Numbered from the stretch's first letter, positions 9,514 through 18,702 are shown. The stretch is 64,000 nucleotides of DNA from an uncultured delta proteobacterium (GCA_963699755.1 CAVOVB010000002.1:608001-672000), one strand, 5' to 3'. A program made the numbers and translations. Notes: generated by a model from the letters alone, not told the origin.

Positions 9514-10209
9514 ATGGACCGTCCCCGTGAGCGAATCGCCCGTCTTGGCCCAACGACCCTCTCCGATACAGAGCTCCTCGCGCTCATCCTAGGAACCGGA
9601 CGCTCGGGCGAGGGCGTTGGCTCGTTGGCGAGCCGAATCCTGCGAGACATCGGAGGGCTTTGGGCACTCGCACGAATGAGCGTTGCCGAGCTTGCCCGGA
9701 TCGAGGGTATCGGCCCTGCAAAGGCGGCTCGCCTGGCGGCTGCGTTCGAGCTCGGGTCGCGCAGCCTGGTTTCGCCCGATCTCAATGCCGCCCCGCTCTC
9801 GAACAGCGAAATGGTCTATATTCGGTACGGTCGGCGGCTCATGGCGAGCCCAGTCGAGCGGTTCATGGTGGTCTCGGTCGATGCGAAGAACCGTGTGCGC
9901 GCCGAGCGGGAGGTAGCGCGCGGAGGTCGCACGAGCTGCCAGGTCGATCCGGCGGAAGTCTTCCGGCTCTTGGTCGCCGAATCGGCCTCCGGTGCCATCT
10001 TCGTTCACAACCACCCAAGCGGAGACCCCGATCCGAGTCGCCAAGACCTCGAGCTCACCCAACGTCTCGTCTCGGCGGGCTCGTTGCTCGATATCCGCAT
10101 CCTCGATCATGTCATCGTGGGGACTGGGAGATACACCAGCCTCCGCGATGCAGGCCTGTGGCCTACTAACCCCCCCAAATCACAGGCTTCTACGGCTCTG
10201 CCGGAATGA
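9514..10209 (+). CDS. radC: RadC (JAB/MPN domain) protein
   Basis: DRPRER...LSDTELLA, HhH motif GIGPAKA, HNHPSGDPDPSRQD, ILDHVIVG. Confidence 0.95.
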   Translation: MDRPRERIARLGPTTLSDTELLALILGTGRSGEGVGSLASRILRDIGGLWALARMSVAELARIEGIGPAKAARLAAAFELGSRSLVSPDLNAAPLSNSEMVYIRYGRRLMASPVERFMVVSVDAKNRVRAEREVARGGRTSCQVDPAEVFRLLVAESASGAIFVHNHPSGDPDPSRQDLELTQRLVSAGSLLDIRILDHVIVGTGRYTSLRDAGLWPTNPPKSQASTALPE

Positions 10210-10219
10210 TTGGGGCGAC

Positions 10220-10248
10220 TTGACACCCCATCAACGCCGTGCTTTCTT
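10220..10248 (+). promoter_or_regulatory. Putative sigma70 promoter of the rpmH operon
   Basis: TTGACA (10220-10225), 17-nt spacer, TTTCTT with a TG extended -10 element. Confidence 0.45.
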
Positions 10249-10278
10249 CCCGCACTCTTATCTCTCGGGAGCATTGCA

Positions 10279-10428
10279 GTGAAGCGGACCTATCAACCCC
10301 ATCGTAAGCGCCGTCTTCGGACACACGGGTTCCGCGCGCGTATGAAGACCAAGAGCGGGCGAGCCGTGATCAACGCTCGTCGTCGCAAGGGGCGCAAGCG
10401 CCTCACCGTGTCCTGCTACAAAAAGTAG
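10279..10428 (+). CDS. rpmH: 50S ribosomal protein L34
   Basis: GTG start; [42 protein letters not shown]. Confidence 0.97.
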   Translation: MKRTYQPHRKRRLRTHGFRARMKTKSGRAVINARRRKGRKRLTVSCYKK

Positions 10429-10442
10429 CGTCAAACTGTGCG

Positions 10443-10838
10443 ATGATGCCTCGCACTTCGGGAATCACGGGGGCTCTTGGCGACAAACCGCAGCGCTTTC
10501 GACGCAGCGATCGGCTTAAGAAGCGCTACGAATTCAAACAAGCACAGCTGAGCGGGCGACGAATCCACACCCCCCACTTTCTCATCGTCGTCCTACCTAC
10601 TGCACAACGAAACACGCGACTTGGGATCACCGTGACGAAGAAAGTGGGAACCGCCGTCAAGAGAAACCGAATCAAGCGAGTCGTGCGCGAGGTCTTTCGT
10701 CGCAACCGCGAACTGTTTCCGGCCTCCCACGACTTCGTCTTCATCGCAAAGCGTGGTGCCACCGACATTGATTACGGCTCGCTCTTGAACGAGCTCCAAC
10801 GCGCCTCGCGGAAGCTGGAAGCGGGGGAGGCGCGATGA
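10443..10838 (+). CDS. rnpA: Ribonuclease P protein component
   Basis: RLGITVTKKVGTAVKRNRIKR (RNR motif); follows rpmH. Confidence 0.95.
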   Translation: MMPRTSGITGALGDKPQRFRRSDRLKKRYEFKQAQLSGRRIHTPHFLIVVLPTAQRNTRLGITVTKKVGTAVKRNRIKRVVREVFRRNRELFPASHDFVFIAKRGATDIDYGSLLNELQRASRKLEAGEAR

Positions 10839-11092
10839 TCCGGGCGGCTCTTCTCTTCTTGATCCGCCTCTACCAGATGACGCTGTCGCGCCTGATCGGT
10901 CCTTCGTGCCGATTCGAGCCCTCTTGCTCGCACTATACCGCAACCTGCATCGAGCGGTTCGGCGCACTGCGAGGCTCGTGGCTGGGACTGAAGCGAATCG
11001 GACGTTGCCACCCGTTGAATCCAGGCGGCTACGACCCCGCACCGCATCCCGAGCACCCTCAGCAAGAAACGCAAGAGGCGCGGCATGGATGA
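10835..11092 (+). CDS. yidD: Membrane protein insertion efficiency factor
   Basis: CRFEPSCSHY...RIGRCHPLNPGGYDP. Confidence 0.95.
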   Translation: MIRAALLFLIRLYQMTLSRLIGPSCRFEPSCSHYTATCIERFGALRGSWLGLKRIGRCHPLNPGGYDPAPHPEHPQQETQEARHG

Positions 11093-12881
11093 TCGAAAGC
11101 AACCGCCTGTTGCCCTCATGCTACTGCCGCTCGTTGCGCTCGGGGCGATGCTGGCTGTTCAGCATTTTGCCCCCCCGAAGCCGAAGGCCCAGACCGAAGA
11201 GCTTCCGGTCGACCAGGCGGCAGCAGCGGTTCCCGAGGAGGCCGAACGCAGCGGCACCGAGGCGGCTCCGCCGCAGCTATCGCCGGTAGATGCGCGCTCT
11301 CGCGTCGACTCGCAGCAGATTTACAGGCTCGAAAGCGATCGCATCATCGCATCCTTCACCGACCTGAACACCGGCATGGTGAGCTTGCGGGTCAAAGGCG
11401 AGCGGTACCACGACGAAGAGGGAAACCCCATCGAGCTGGTGACGACCGACAAAGAGCAGTACCTGCCGCTCACGCCTTCGTTCTCCGGCGTGAGGATTCC
11501 TGCCGATGCGCGATGGCAAATGGTCGAGGCCACCAAAGAAAGGCTGCGCTTCCAGTGGGCGGGCGACGGGGTTTCGGTCACCCGTACTTGGGAGCTCGCT
11601 GAACCGCCCTTTCAACTTCACTCCTCGATCGAGGTTCGGAACGACGCCTCCAGCTCGAGGTCGGTGGGTGTGGGGATCACCTCCGCCCATTACGTTCGCC
11701 GCGCAGACGAGAAAGCTGGCTTCATCGGAAGGCCGTCCCCGGCGCTGAGCCACGGGATCTGCCAGCAAGGCGACGACACGATTCGGGAGGACCGAGAAGG
11801 CCTCTTGAGCGAAGACGAGCTGCGTCCGATGCAACCGCATAGCTACGGCCCCGGCATCGAGTACGTCGCGCTCTGCAGCGTCTACTTCGCCATCATTGCG
11901 GCGCCGGAGGGCGGCAGCGCCGAGCGCTGTGACATGTTGACGACCGATCGCGGTGGGACCGTGAAGGAACCGGACGGGAGCCTCTTCGAGGCAAGGCTCA
12001 CCTACGCACCACAGGAGATCGGTCCCGGAGAAACTGCAACCTTCCGGACCGCGGTCTATGCCGGTCCCAAGGACTACGACGCGCTCGAGGAGTTCGGGCA
12101 CAGCGCTTCGAAGGTCATCGACCTCGGATGGTTCAGCTTCATCGCCCGAGGGATGAGCTGGCTTCTGCGCACGATCTACGGATTCATCGGCAACTGGGGC
12201 GTCGCGATCATCCTCCTCACTCTTCTCGTCCGAGTGTTGCTGCTGCCGTTCGTCGTCCCACAGTTCCGGAACATGGCGAAGCAGCGCGCGCTCAAGCCCG
12301 AGATCGATAAGATCAACGAGCTGTACAAGGACGATCGCGAAAAGAAGGGCGCCGCGATGATGGAGCTCTGGCGCAAGCACAAGGTAAACCCGCTTGGCGG
12401 CTGCCTCCCAGTGCTTCTGCAGATGCCGATCTTCTTTGCGCTCTATCAGACGCTCTCGACGAGCATCGAGCTCTACCACGCGCCGTTCGTCCTATGGTGG
12501 ACCGACCTCTCCTCGCCGGACCCCTACTACGTATTACCAATCATCCTCGGCGCTCTGATGTTCATTCAGCAAAAGCTCACGCCGGTCCAAATGGACGCGA
12601 CGCAGGCCAAGGTCATGCTCTATGCCATGCCGCTGATGATGACGTTTTTCATGCTGCTTCTCCCTACCGGCCTTTGCTTGTACATGGTGACCAGCTCCGC
12701 CATCGGGATCACGCAGCAGCGATACATGTACTGGAAGATGGACCAAGAAACGTCAGCCCTGGCGACCAGCGGGGAGGACGGCGACGATGAACCAGATCAC
12801 GCGGCTGACGATACGGCAGCCGCCGCACCCAAGCAGGCCAAGCCCAGCAGAAAGAAGAGGACTCGCCGTGGACGAGCTTAA
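11085..12881 (+). CDS. yidC: Membrane protein insertase YidC
   Basis: N-terminal TM, periplasmic domain, GNWGVAII, NPLGGCLPVLLQMPIF, DLSSPDPYY. Confidence 0.97.
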   Translation: MDDRKQPPVALMLLPLVALGAMLAVQHFAPPKPKAQTEELPVDQAAAAVPEEAERSGTEAAPPQLSPVDARSRVDSQQIYRLESDRIIASFTDLNTGMVSLRVKGERYHDEEGNPIELVTTDKEQYLPLTPSFSGVRIPADARWQMVEATKERLRFQWAGDGVSVTRTWELAEPPFQLHSSIEVRNDASSSRSVGVGITSAHYVRRADEKAGFIGRPSPALSHGICQQGDDTIREDREGLLSEDELRPMQPHSYGPGIEYVALCSVYFAIIAAPEGGSAERCDMLTTDRGGTVKEPDGSLFEARLTYAPQEIGPGETATFRTAVYAGPKDYDALEEFGHSASKVIDLGWFSFIARGMSWLLRTIYGFIGNWGVAIILLTLLVRVLLLPFVVPQFRNMAKQRALKPEIDKINELYKDDREKKGAAMMELWRKHKVNPLGGCLPVLLQMPIFFALYQTLSTSIELYHAPFVLWWTDLSSPDPYYVLPIILGALMFIQQKLTPVQMDATQAKVMLYAMPLMMTFFMLLLPTGLCLYMVTSSAIGITQQRYMYWKMDQETSALATSGEDGDDEPDHAADDTAAAAPKQAKPSRKKRTRRGRA

Positions 12882-13413
12882 GAGTAAACCGCGTGACGGA
12901 GCGCTGATTCTCGATCAACCAACGCAGGACGATCCCAGCCGATATGCCGGTGACGGCAAGGCCGAAGAGGCTGCGGAGATTCTCGAGGAACTGATGAACT
13001 TGATGGACCTCGACGTTCGGGTCGACATTCGCGCCGATGGCGAGCGAATCGAGCTCGACGTGACCGGAGAGGACTCCGGCCGCGTGATCGGCAAGAAGGG
13101 CGCAACCCTCGATGCGCTCCAATTTTTGATCAACAAGATGGTCAACCGCTTTCCCGAAGGGCGCCGCCACGTCATCGTGGATTCCGGCGACTACCGAGAG
13201 CGCCACGACGACGGTCTCATTTCGATGGCCAAACGCCAGGCCGATCGTGCCATCAACGAAGGCAAAGTGGTTACCCTTCAGCCGATGAACGCCCGCGACC
13301 GCCGCGTCGTCCACATGTCGCTCGCGAAATTCGACGGCGTGAGCACGATGTCGCAGGGCGAAGGAATGCGCCGCCGGATCCAAATTATCCCGGCACGTAA
13401 GCGCCGGTCGTGA
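12868..13413 (+). CDS. jag: Jag/EloR (KhpB) RNA-binding protein, KH + R3H, apparently lacking the Jag_N domain
   Basis: IGKKGATLDALQ (KH), PMNARDRRVVH (R3H); GTG 12868 overlaps the yidC end. Confidence 0.88.
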   Translation: MDELKSKPRDGALILDQPTQDDPSRYAGDGKAEEAAEILEELMNLMDLDVRVDIRADGERIELDVTGEDSGRVIGKKGATLDALQFLINKMVNRFPEGRRHVIVDSGDYRERHDDGLISMAKRQADRAINEGKVVTLQPMNARDRRVVHMSLAKFDGVSTMSQGEGMRRRIQIIPARKRRS

Positions 13414-13453
13414 TCCATCGCCTCACCGCCAAACCGGCGGGTGGGGTTCGCGT

Positions 13454-14089
13454 CTAGAGGCTTGCGGTGGCGCTCGATGAGACAGACCGGCGATAGGACA
13501 GGATCGATCGGGGTGCGCCGCTCGAGGGCACCTCGTAGTCGAGCCGGCGTTCGAGATGCAGGTCGTCGGGCGCGTTGAGCTCGGTCCCGGCGGTCAGTAC
13601 CCAGACCTCGTCAGCCAGTTGCGCGCCGATCGGCAACCAGTCGGAGGGTGAAAACGTCGCGCGCGAAAGGGCGATGTCAAACGGCGCGCCATCGACGGCC
13701 GGCCTTCCGGGGTCAACCTTCTGCTGCAAGATCGTCGTGCGTCGAGCGAGGCCGAGCGACCCGGCAGCGGTCCGCAAGAACGTAGCTCGTATTCGTCTCG
13801 GCTCGACGAGCGTTGCTCGCAGCATCTCCTCGACAAGCAGGATCGGGATGGTTGGCGCCCCGACACCTGCGCCGATGTCTACCAGTGAGACCGAGGCGTC
13901 CGTCCATCCAGCGCGGATCAACTGAGCCGCGTCGAGAAACAGGATTTCGGCAAGCTCGGTGTCGGTCCGCGCCGAAGTGAGATCGGTCCGCGCGTCCCAT
14001 GACCGCGTGACCTCGAAGTAGGCCACCCAGCCCTCGGGTTGTTCAATCCCCGCTTCGGCGCACAGGGCGCGAATCGCCTCCACAGTCAT
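13454..14089 (-). CDS. rsmG: 16S rRNA m7G527 methyltransferase RsmG/GidB
   Basis: DLTSA, DIGAGVGAP, LVEPRRIRATFL, FDIALSRA. Confidence 0.85.
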   Translation of the reverse strand: MTVEAIRALCAEAGIEQPEGWVAYFEVTRSWDARTDLTSARTDTELAEILFLDAAQLIRAGWTDASVSLVDIGAGVGAPTIPILLVEEMLRATLVEPRRIRATFLRTAAGSLGLARRTTILQQKVDPGRPAVDGAPFDIALSRATFSPSDWLPIGAQLADEVWVLTAGTELNAPDDLHLERRLDYEVPSSGAPRSILSYRRSVSSSATASL

Positions 14090-14925
14090 CCGGCCCGGGC
14101 CCGGTGCCAGGCCAGCTTGAGGTCAGCCATCTGCGCGTATCGCTCTTCCCTGTGGCAATGCATGGCCCGTTCGATCACTCGCGCGATCGCAGCAGGCACT
14201 GGGGCGACGGCGTCGATTGGAAGGCAATCGCCTGCGTCGATCTTCATCATGAGGCGGCCGAGGTGGCGCTCGCCAAACGCTCGCCGCGCGCTCAAGGCCT
14301 CATAGAGCAGGACCCCCACCCCATAGACGTCGATGCGTTGGTCGACATCGCTCTTGCCGGTCAGCACCTCGGGTGCCATGTACCCGGGGGTGCCGCTGAG
14401 TTCGCCGGTCGCCGTCAGCCGGTCGAGGCCGAGGATCTTCGAGGCGCCAAAGTCCACGACGCGTGGACTCCCCTGCGCCGGCCAGATCACATTCGCTGGT
14501 TTCAGATCCCCGTGAAGGACGCCGTGCTGGTGGACCGCGCCCAGGCCATCGCTCAGCGCGTCGACCAGAGCATCCGATTGCTCAATGGACACCGGCCCGC
14601 TCGACAGCCGCTCGGCAAGTGTCTCACCCTCGACATACTCGGTCACCAGGAAGACCAGGCCCGCCTCGTCGATGCCGAGCTCGAGCAGTCCGACGATCGC
14701 CGGATGATCCAAGGCCTTGAGGATGGCCCCTTCACGTCGAAACCGTCTCCGCATCGACTCGTCCGAAAGGAACTCGGCGCGAAGCACTTTGACCGCCGCC
14801 TTCGACCCACCGACCCGATCTACCGCTTCGAACACGTCACCCATGGCGCCGCGTGCTAGCTCTGCAACCAGCTCGTAACGGCCGGCCAGGATCGTTCCAA
14901 GACCGATGGCGGGAGGGTTGGTCAT
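14086..14925 (-). CDS. Hanks-type Ser/Thr protein kinase (catalytic domain only)
   Basis: LARGAMGDV, AAVK, HGDLKPAN, DFG, GTPGYMAPE. Start ATG 14925. Confidence 0.9.
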   Translation of the reverse strand: MTNPPAIGLGTILAGRYELVAELARGAMGDVFEAVDRVGGSKAAVKVLRAEFLSDESMRRRFRREGAILKALDHPAIVGLLELGIDEAGLVFLVTEYVEGETLAERLSSGPVSIEQSDALVDALSDGLGAVHQHGVLHGDLKPANVIWPAQGSPRVVDFGASKILGLDRLTATGELSGTPGYMAPEVLTGKSDVDQRIDVYGVGVLLYEALSARRAFGERHLGRLMMKIDAGDCLPIDAVAPVPAAIARVIERAMHCHREERYAQMADLKLAWHRARAG

Positions 14926-14987
14926 GACTCGGCGGGAAGATAACTCTCTTCGCAAACTCGCCCAACTGACGTACGCTCCGCCCGCCG

Positions 14988-16055
14988 ATGACGCTGCCCA
15001 ACCTCAACGAGGCGCTCGAAAAGCTCTACGGACGGCCTCTGCCCTCGATCGAGCTGATCAAGCTGCGCGCAGATGCGTCGACGCGGAGCTATTTCCGCGT
15101 GCAGGTCGCCAAGGCCCCCGCTGGCAGTCCCAAGAGCCTCATCGTCATGCAACTGCCCGAAGACGCTTTCCGCAGCGATGAAGGAGGCCAATCCGCAGGC
15201 CGTGATCGCCTTCCCTTTCTCGAGGTCGCGGAGCTGCTCCACGCCAGGGAGGTACCGGTCCCATCGATCTACGTAGAAGACCTCGCCAACGGGATCATTC
15301 TACTCGAAGATCTCGGAAATCTGACCTTCGAGCAGAAGCTGCGCCAGACACCGCCGTCCGACTGGCAAGGCCTCTACGAAAACGCCGTCGACCTCCTGGC
15401 CAACCTGCATGAACGCTGTGCAGACCTCCCCGCGAGCTCGATCGTCTCGCGACGCAGCTTCGATCGCGACCTGCTCCACTGGGAGCTCGATCATTTCCGG
15501 GACTGGGGACTCGAGGCCCCGTTTGGCCCGCTCGATTCCGCAGAAAATGCAACCCTTCATGATGCATTTTCGAGAATCGCGTCGGCGATCGAGGCGATGC
15601 CCTACGGCTTCGTTCATCGGGACTATCAATCGAAGAACCTGATGGTCGGGCAGCATGGCGCTCTCACCCTCATCGATTTCCAAGACGCGCTGCGTGGCCC
15701 GCGTGTCTACGACCTCGTCGCCCTTCTCTGCGACTCCTACGTCTCGCTGGAGCTTGGCCTGCAAGAATCGATGATCGACCGCTATGCCGCGCTGCGTCAT
15801 CTCGAGCCGGCTAAGCTTCGTCGAGAGTTCTGGCTCGTGGCCTTGCATCGCAAGCTCAAGGACGCGGGGCGATTCATCTTCATCGATCGGGTCCGCAAGA
15901 ACCCCGACTTCCTGCAATGGTACCCGCAAAGCCTCGTCTACGTGGGACGCGCCATGGCACAGACGCCTGGGTTCGAGGGACTTGCGCGTCTCTTGGCCCA
16001 AAAGATCCCGGGTTTTCCGGATGGCGTAGGAAAACCTCACTCCGCCTCGGAATAG
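14988..16055 (+). CDS. amgK: Anomeric MurNAc/GlcNAc kinase (APH family), peptidoglycan recycling
   Basis: DASTRSYFR, LEDLG, VHRDYQSKNLM, IDFQDALRGP..YDLVALL.D, RKLKDAGRF. Confidence 0.8.
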   Translation: MTLPNLNEALEKLYGRPLPSIELIKLRADASTRSYFRVQVAKAPAGSPKSLIVMQLPEDAFRSDEGGQSAGRDRLPFLEVAELLHAREVPVPSIYVEDLANGIILLEDLGNLTFEQKLRQTPPSDWQGLYENAVDLLANLHERCADLPASSIVSRRSFDRDLLHWELDHFRDWGLEAPFGPLDSAENATLHDAFSRIASAIEAMPYGFVHRDYQSKNLMVGQHGALTLIDFQDALRGPRVYDLVALLCDSYVSLELGLQESMIDRYAALRHLEPAKLRREFWLVALHRKLKDAGRFIFIDRVRKNPDFLQWYPQSLVYVGRAMAQTPGFEGLARLLAQKIPGFPDGVGKPHSASE

Positions 16056-16246
16056 AGGTCTCGGAGCCGACGTTCACCCCACAAGCAGCGGGGGGTGAAA
16101 CCGAACACGAAACAGTACGCTCCTCTCTCCCACCATCCGACATCCCGCACCCGCGGTTTCACCCCCTGCCTGCGGTATCCGTGTCGGATCCGAACCGGCA
16201 ATGGTTGCGGGCACGGAGGGGAGCGGTAGACTCTGACTTCGCCTCG

Positions 16247-16603
16247 ATGAGACTTCCCCTCCACGCACTGGCTCTGGCCGCGATGCTTTCGTTGGATGCG
16301 GCATCCGTGGATGCTTCGGACTGCAGCTGCGAAGGGATATCCGTGGAGGGCTGCGGCGACAGCGTGCAGCTCCGCGAAGAGCCCGCCGGCCCGCCCCTGT
16401 GGTGCGAACGCACGGATGACCCGCGTTGCATGCCGGCGAGTACCCACGGCAGTTCCGTCCAGACGCTGGTGCCTGTCGTGATGAGCTGGGCTCAACCGAT
16501 TCGATGGGACGCGCCTCCGCGCACCGGCATCCGACTGGAAGTACGGGCCGACGGCGAGCCGCGGACTGAGTACTCACGAAGAGTCGAACGACCGCCGCGC
16601 TAG
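16247..16603 (+). CDS. 118-aa exported Cys-rich small protein ending ERPPR; candidate regulatory leader/arrest peptide
   Basis: MRLPLHALALAAMLSLDAASVDA signal-like N-terminus, 5 Cys, C-terminal RRVERPPR*; lies 104 nt upstream of the dsbA-like gene. Confidence 0.6.
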   Translation: MRLPLHALALAAMLSLDAASVDASDCSCEGISVEGCGDSVQLREEPAGPPLWCERTDDPRCMPASTHGSSVQTLVPVVMSWAQPIRWDAPPRTGIRLEVRADGEPRTEYSRRVERPPR

Positions 16604-16707
16604 CATCGGCCGCCCTCAGCGGGCGGTCGTCTCGGCATCTGGTTTGTTCATTCGAACGTTGAGTTTGTTTTTAGCTCGCCGCGAAATCGTGGCGCGAGGA
16701 TAGAGAT

Positions 16708-18702
16708 ATGAGTAAAGGTTCATCGGTTTTGCTGGCCATCGTGATGGCGATCGCCGGGTTTGCGGTCGGTCATGTCGTTGGCTCACGGTCCCCTTCCGAC
16801 GGAGGAGTCGCCGACTCGGGCAGTGGGGAGGAAGCGAAGGCGGCCGACGTCAAGGTCGCTCAAGATGTCGAACGCTACAAGGTTCCAGTAACCAGCGAAC
16901 AACCCTCCAAGGGTCCCAAGGACGCACTCGTGACCATCGTCGAGTTCAGCGAGTTCCAGTGCCCCTTCTGCGCTCGGGTCTTGCCGACCACAAAGGAGAT
17001 CCTCGACACATACGGCGACAAAGTCCGTCTGGTCTGGCGCAACAACCCCTTGGACTTCCACAACAACGCCGCTCCAGCGGCTGCAGTGGCCATGGAAGCC
17101 TACGCGCAAGGGGGCGATGAAAAGTTCTGGGAGGTGCACGATGTGCTCTTCGCGAACCAGCGGGCGCTCGGCCGGACGGAGCTCGAAGGCTATGCGGAGA
17201 AAGCCGGGCTAGACCCAGCGAAGGTCAAGAGTGCGCTCGACGAAGGCACCCACAAAAAGGCGATCGACGGCGACCAGGCCTTGGCGGCCCAACTCGGAGC
17301 ACGTGGTACGCCGTACTTCTTCGTCAACGGACGACAGCTGCGAGGGGCACAGCCCTTTGCCGCGTTCAAGACGGTCATCGACGAAGAGATCGCAACCGCC
17401 GAGAGCCTCCTCAAGAAGGGTGTGAAGAAGGAGCAAATCTACGCGACCTTGACCAAGGACGGTCTGACCAAAGCAGCGGCCCCCACGCCGGAGGCGCCGA
17501 AGGCCGGTCAGCCGGACCCGAAGGCGGTCTATAAGGTTCCGCTCAAGGGCGACGAGCCGCAGAAGGGTCCGGACGACGCGCTGGTCACGATCGTTGAAAT
17601 CAGCGACTTCGAGTGCCCGTTCTGCGGTCGAGTGGAGCCCACAATCAAAGAGATTGAAGACAAGTACGGCAACGACGTCCGCATCGTCTGGATGAACAAC
17701 CCTCTCCCGTTCCACAAGAACGCCAAGGGCGCGGCCAATGCAGCGCTGGAAGCCTACGCGCAGAAGGGAGACAAGGGCTTTTGGGCGATGCATGACAAGA
17801 TGTTCGCAAACCAGAAGGCTCTCACGACCGACAACCTCGAGCAGTGGGCGAAGGAGCAGGGACTGAACATGTCCAAGTTCAAGAAGGCGCTAGCCGAAGA
17901 CAAGTACGGCAAGACCATCGCGGAGCAGCAGGCGCTGGCCAACCGCTTGGGAGCCCGTGGAACCCCTGCGTTCTTCATCAACGGGCGCAACCTTCGGGGC
18001 GCGCAGCCACTGGCCGCCTTCACGACGGTGATCGACGAGGAGCTCGCCAAGGCCAAGGCGCTCGTTGCGAAGGGCACGCCCCGCGCCAAGGTCTATGAGA
18101 CGACGATCGCCACGGGCGAGACGGGCCCGAAGACCGAGCCGGCTGCTGCAGCTCCGGACGCCAACAAGGTCTACGACATCCCGGTGCCGAAGAATGCCCC
18201 AACCAAGGGCGCGGCCAAGGCGAAGGTTGTGATTCAGGAGTTCAGCGACTTTCAGTGCCCCTTCTGCAGCCGGGTGAACCCGACGATCGCCCAAGTGGTC
18301 AAGGAGTACGGGGACAAGGTCGAAATCGTCTGGCGCGACTACCCGCTTCCCTTCCACAAGGACGCGCAACCGGCGGCTCAGGCGGGACGCGAGGTCTTTG
18401 CTCAGAAGGGCAACAAGGCTTTTTGGGCCTATCACGACCTTCTCTTCGCCAATCAGAAGACGCTCTCCCGCGAAAACCTTGAGAAGTTCGCGGAGCAGGT
18501 CGGCGGAATCGACATGAAGGCGTTCAAGGCCGCACTCGATTCTGAGAAGCACAAGGCCGCGGTCGAGGCAGACATGGCGGCGGTGACCAAAGCGGGTGCG
18601 CGAATCGGTACGCCGTCGTTCTTCATCAACGGTAAGCTGCTCCAGGGCGCACAGCCGTACCCCGCGTTCAAGGCCGCGATCGACGAAGCGCTCAAGAACT
18701 GA
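16708..18702 (+). CDS. Membrane-anchored DsbA-like thiol-disulfide oxidoreductase with three thioredoxin domains
   Basis: Three repeats of F(Q/E)CPFC...P(L)xFH...GTP(x)FF(V/I)NG..GAQP; N-terminal hydrophobic anchor. Confidence 0.92.
   Translation: MSKGSSVLLAIVMAIAGFAVGHVVGSRSPSDGGVADSGSGEEAKAADVKVAQDVERYKVPVTSEQPSKGPKDALVTIVEFSEFQCPFCARVLPTTKEILDTYGDKVRLVWRNNPLDFHNNAAPAAAVAMEAYAQGGDEKFWEVHDVLFANQRALGRTELEGYAEKAGLDPAKVKSALDEGTHKKAIDGDQALAAQLGARGTPYFFVNGRQLRGAQPFAAFKTVIDEEIATAESLLKKGVKKEQIYATLTKDGLTKAAAPTPEAPKAGQPDPKAVYKVPLKGDEPQKGPDDALVTIVEISDFECPFCGRVEPTIKEIEDKYGNDVRIVWMNNPLPFHKNAKGAANAALEAYAQKGDKGFWAMHDKMFANQKALTTDNLEQWAKEQGLNMSKFKKALAEDKYGKTIAEQQALANRLGARGTPAFFINGRNLRGAQPLAAFTTVIDEELAKAKALVAKGTPRAKVYETTIATGETGPKTEPAAAAPDANKVYDIPVPKNAPTKGAAKAKVVIQEFSDFQCPFCSRVNPTIAQVVKEYGDKVEIVWRDYPLPFHKDAQPAAQAGREVFAQKGNKAFWAYHDLLFANQKTLSRENLEKFAEQVGGIDMKAFKAALDSEKHKAAVEADMAAVTKAGARIGTPSFFINGKLLQGAQPYPAFKAAIDEALKN

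Noticed and set aside
9514..10209. radC as a marker of a mobile element or defence island
   Set aside because: Full-length chromosomal type with HhH N-terminus; no integrase, att sites or cargo nearby.
10210..10278. Replication origin next to rpmH
   Set aside because: Only 69 nt, with no DnaA-box cluster or AT-rich unwinding element and no dnaA.
16085..16105. c-di-AMP (ydaO) riboswitch suggested by GCGGGGG/GGGGTGAA
   Set aside because: The two motifs are merged rather than separated, and the remaining consensus is missing.
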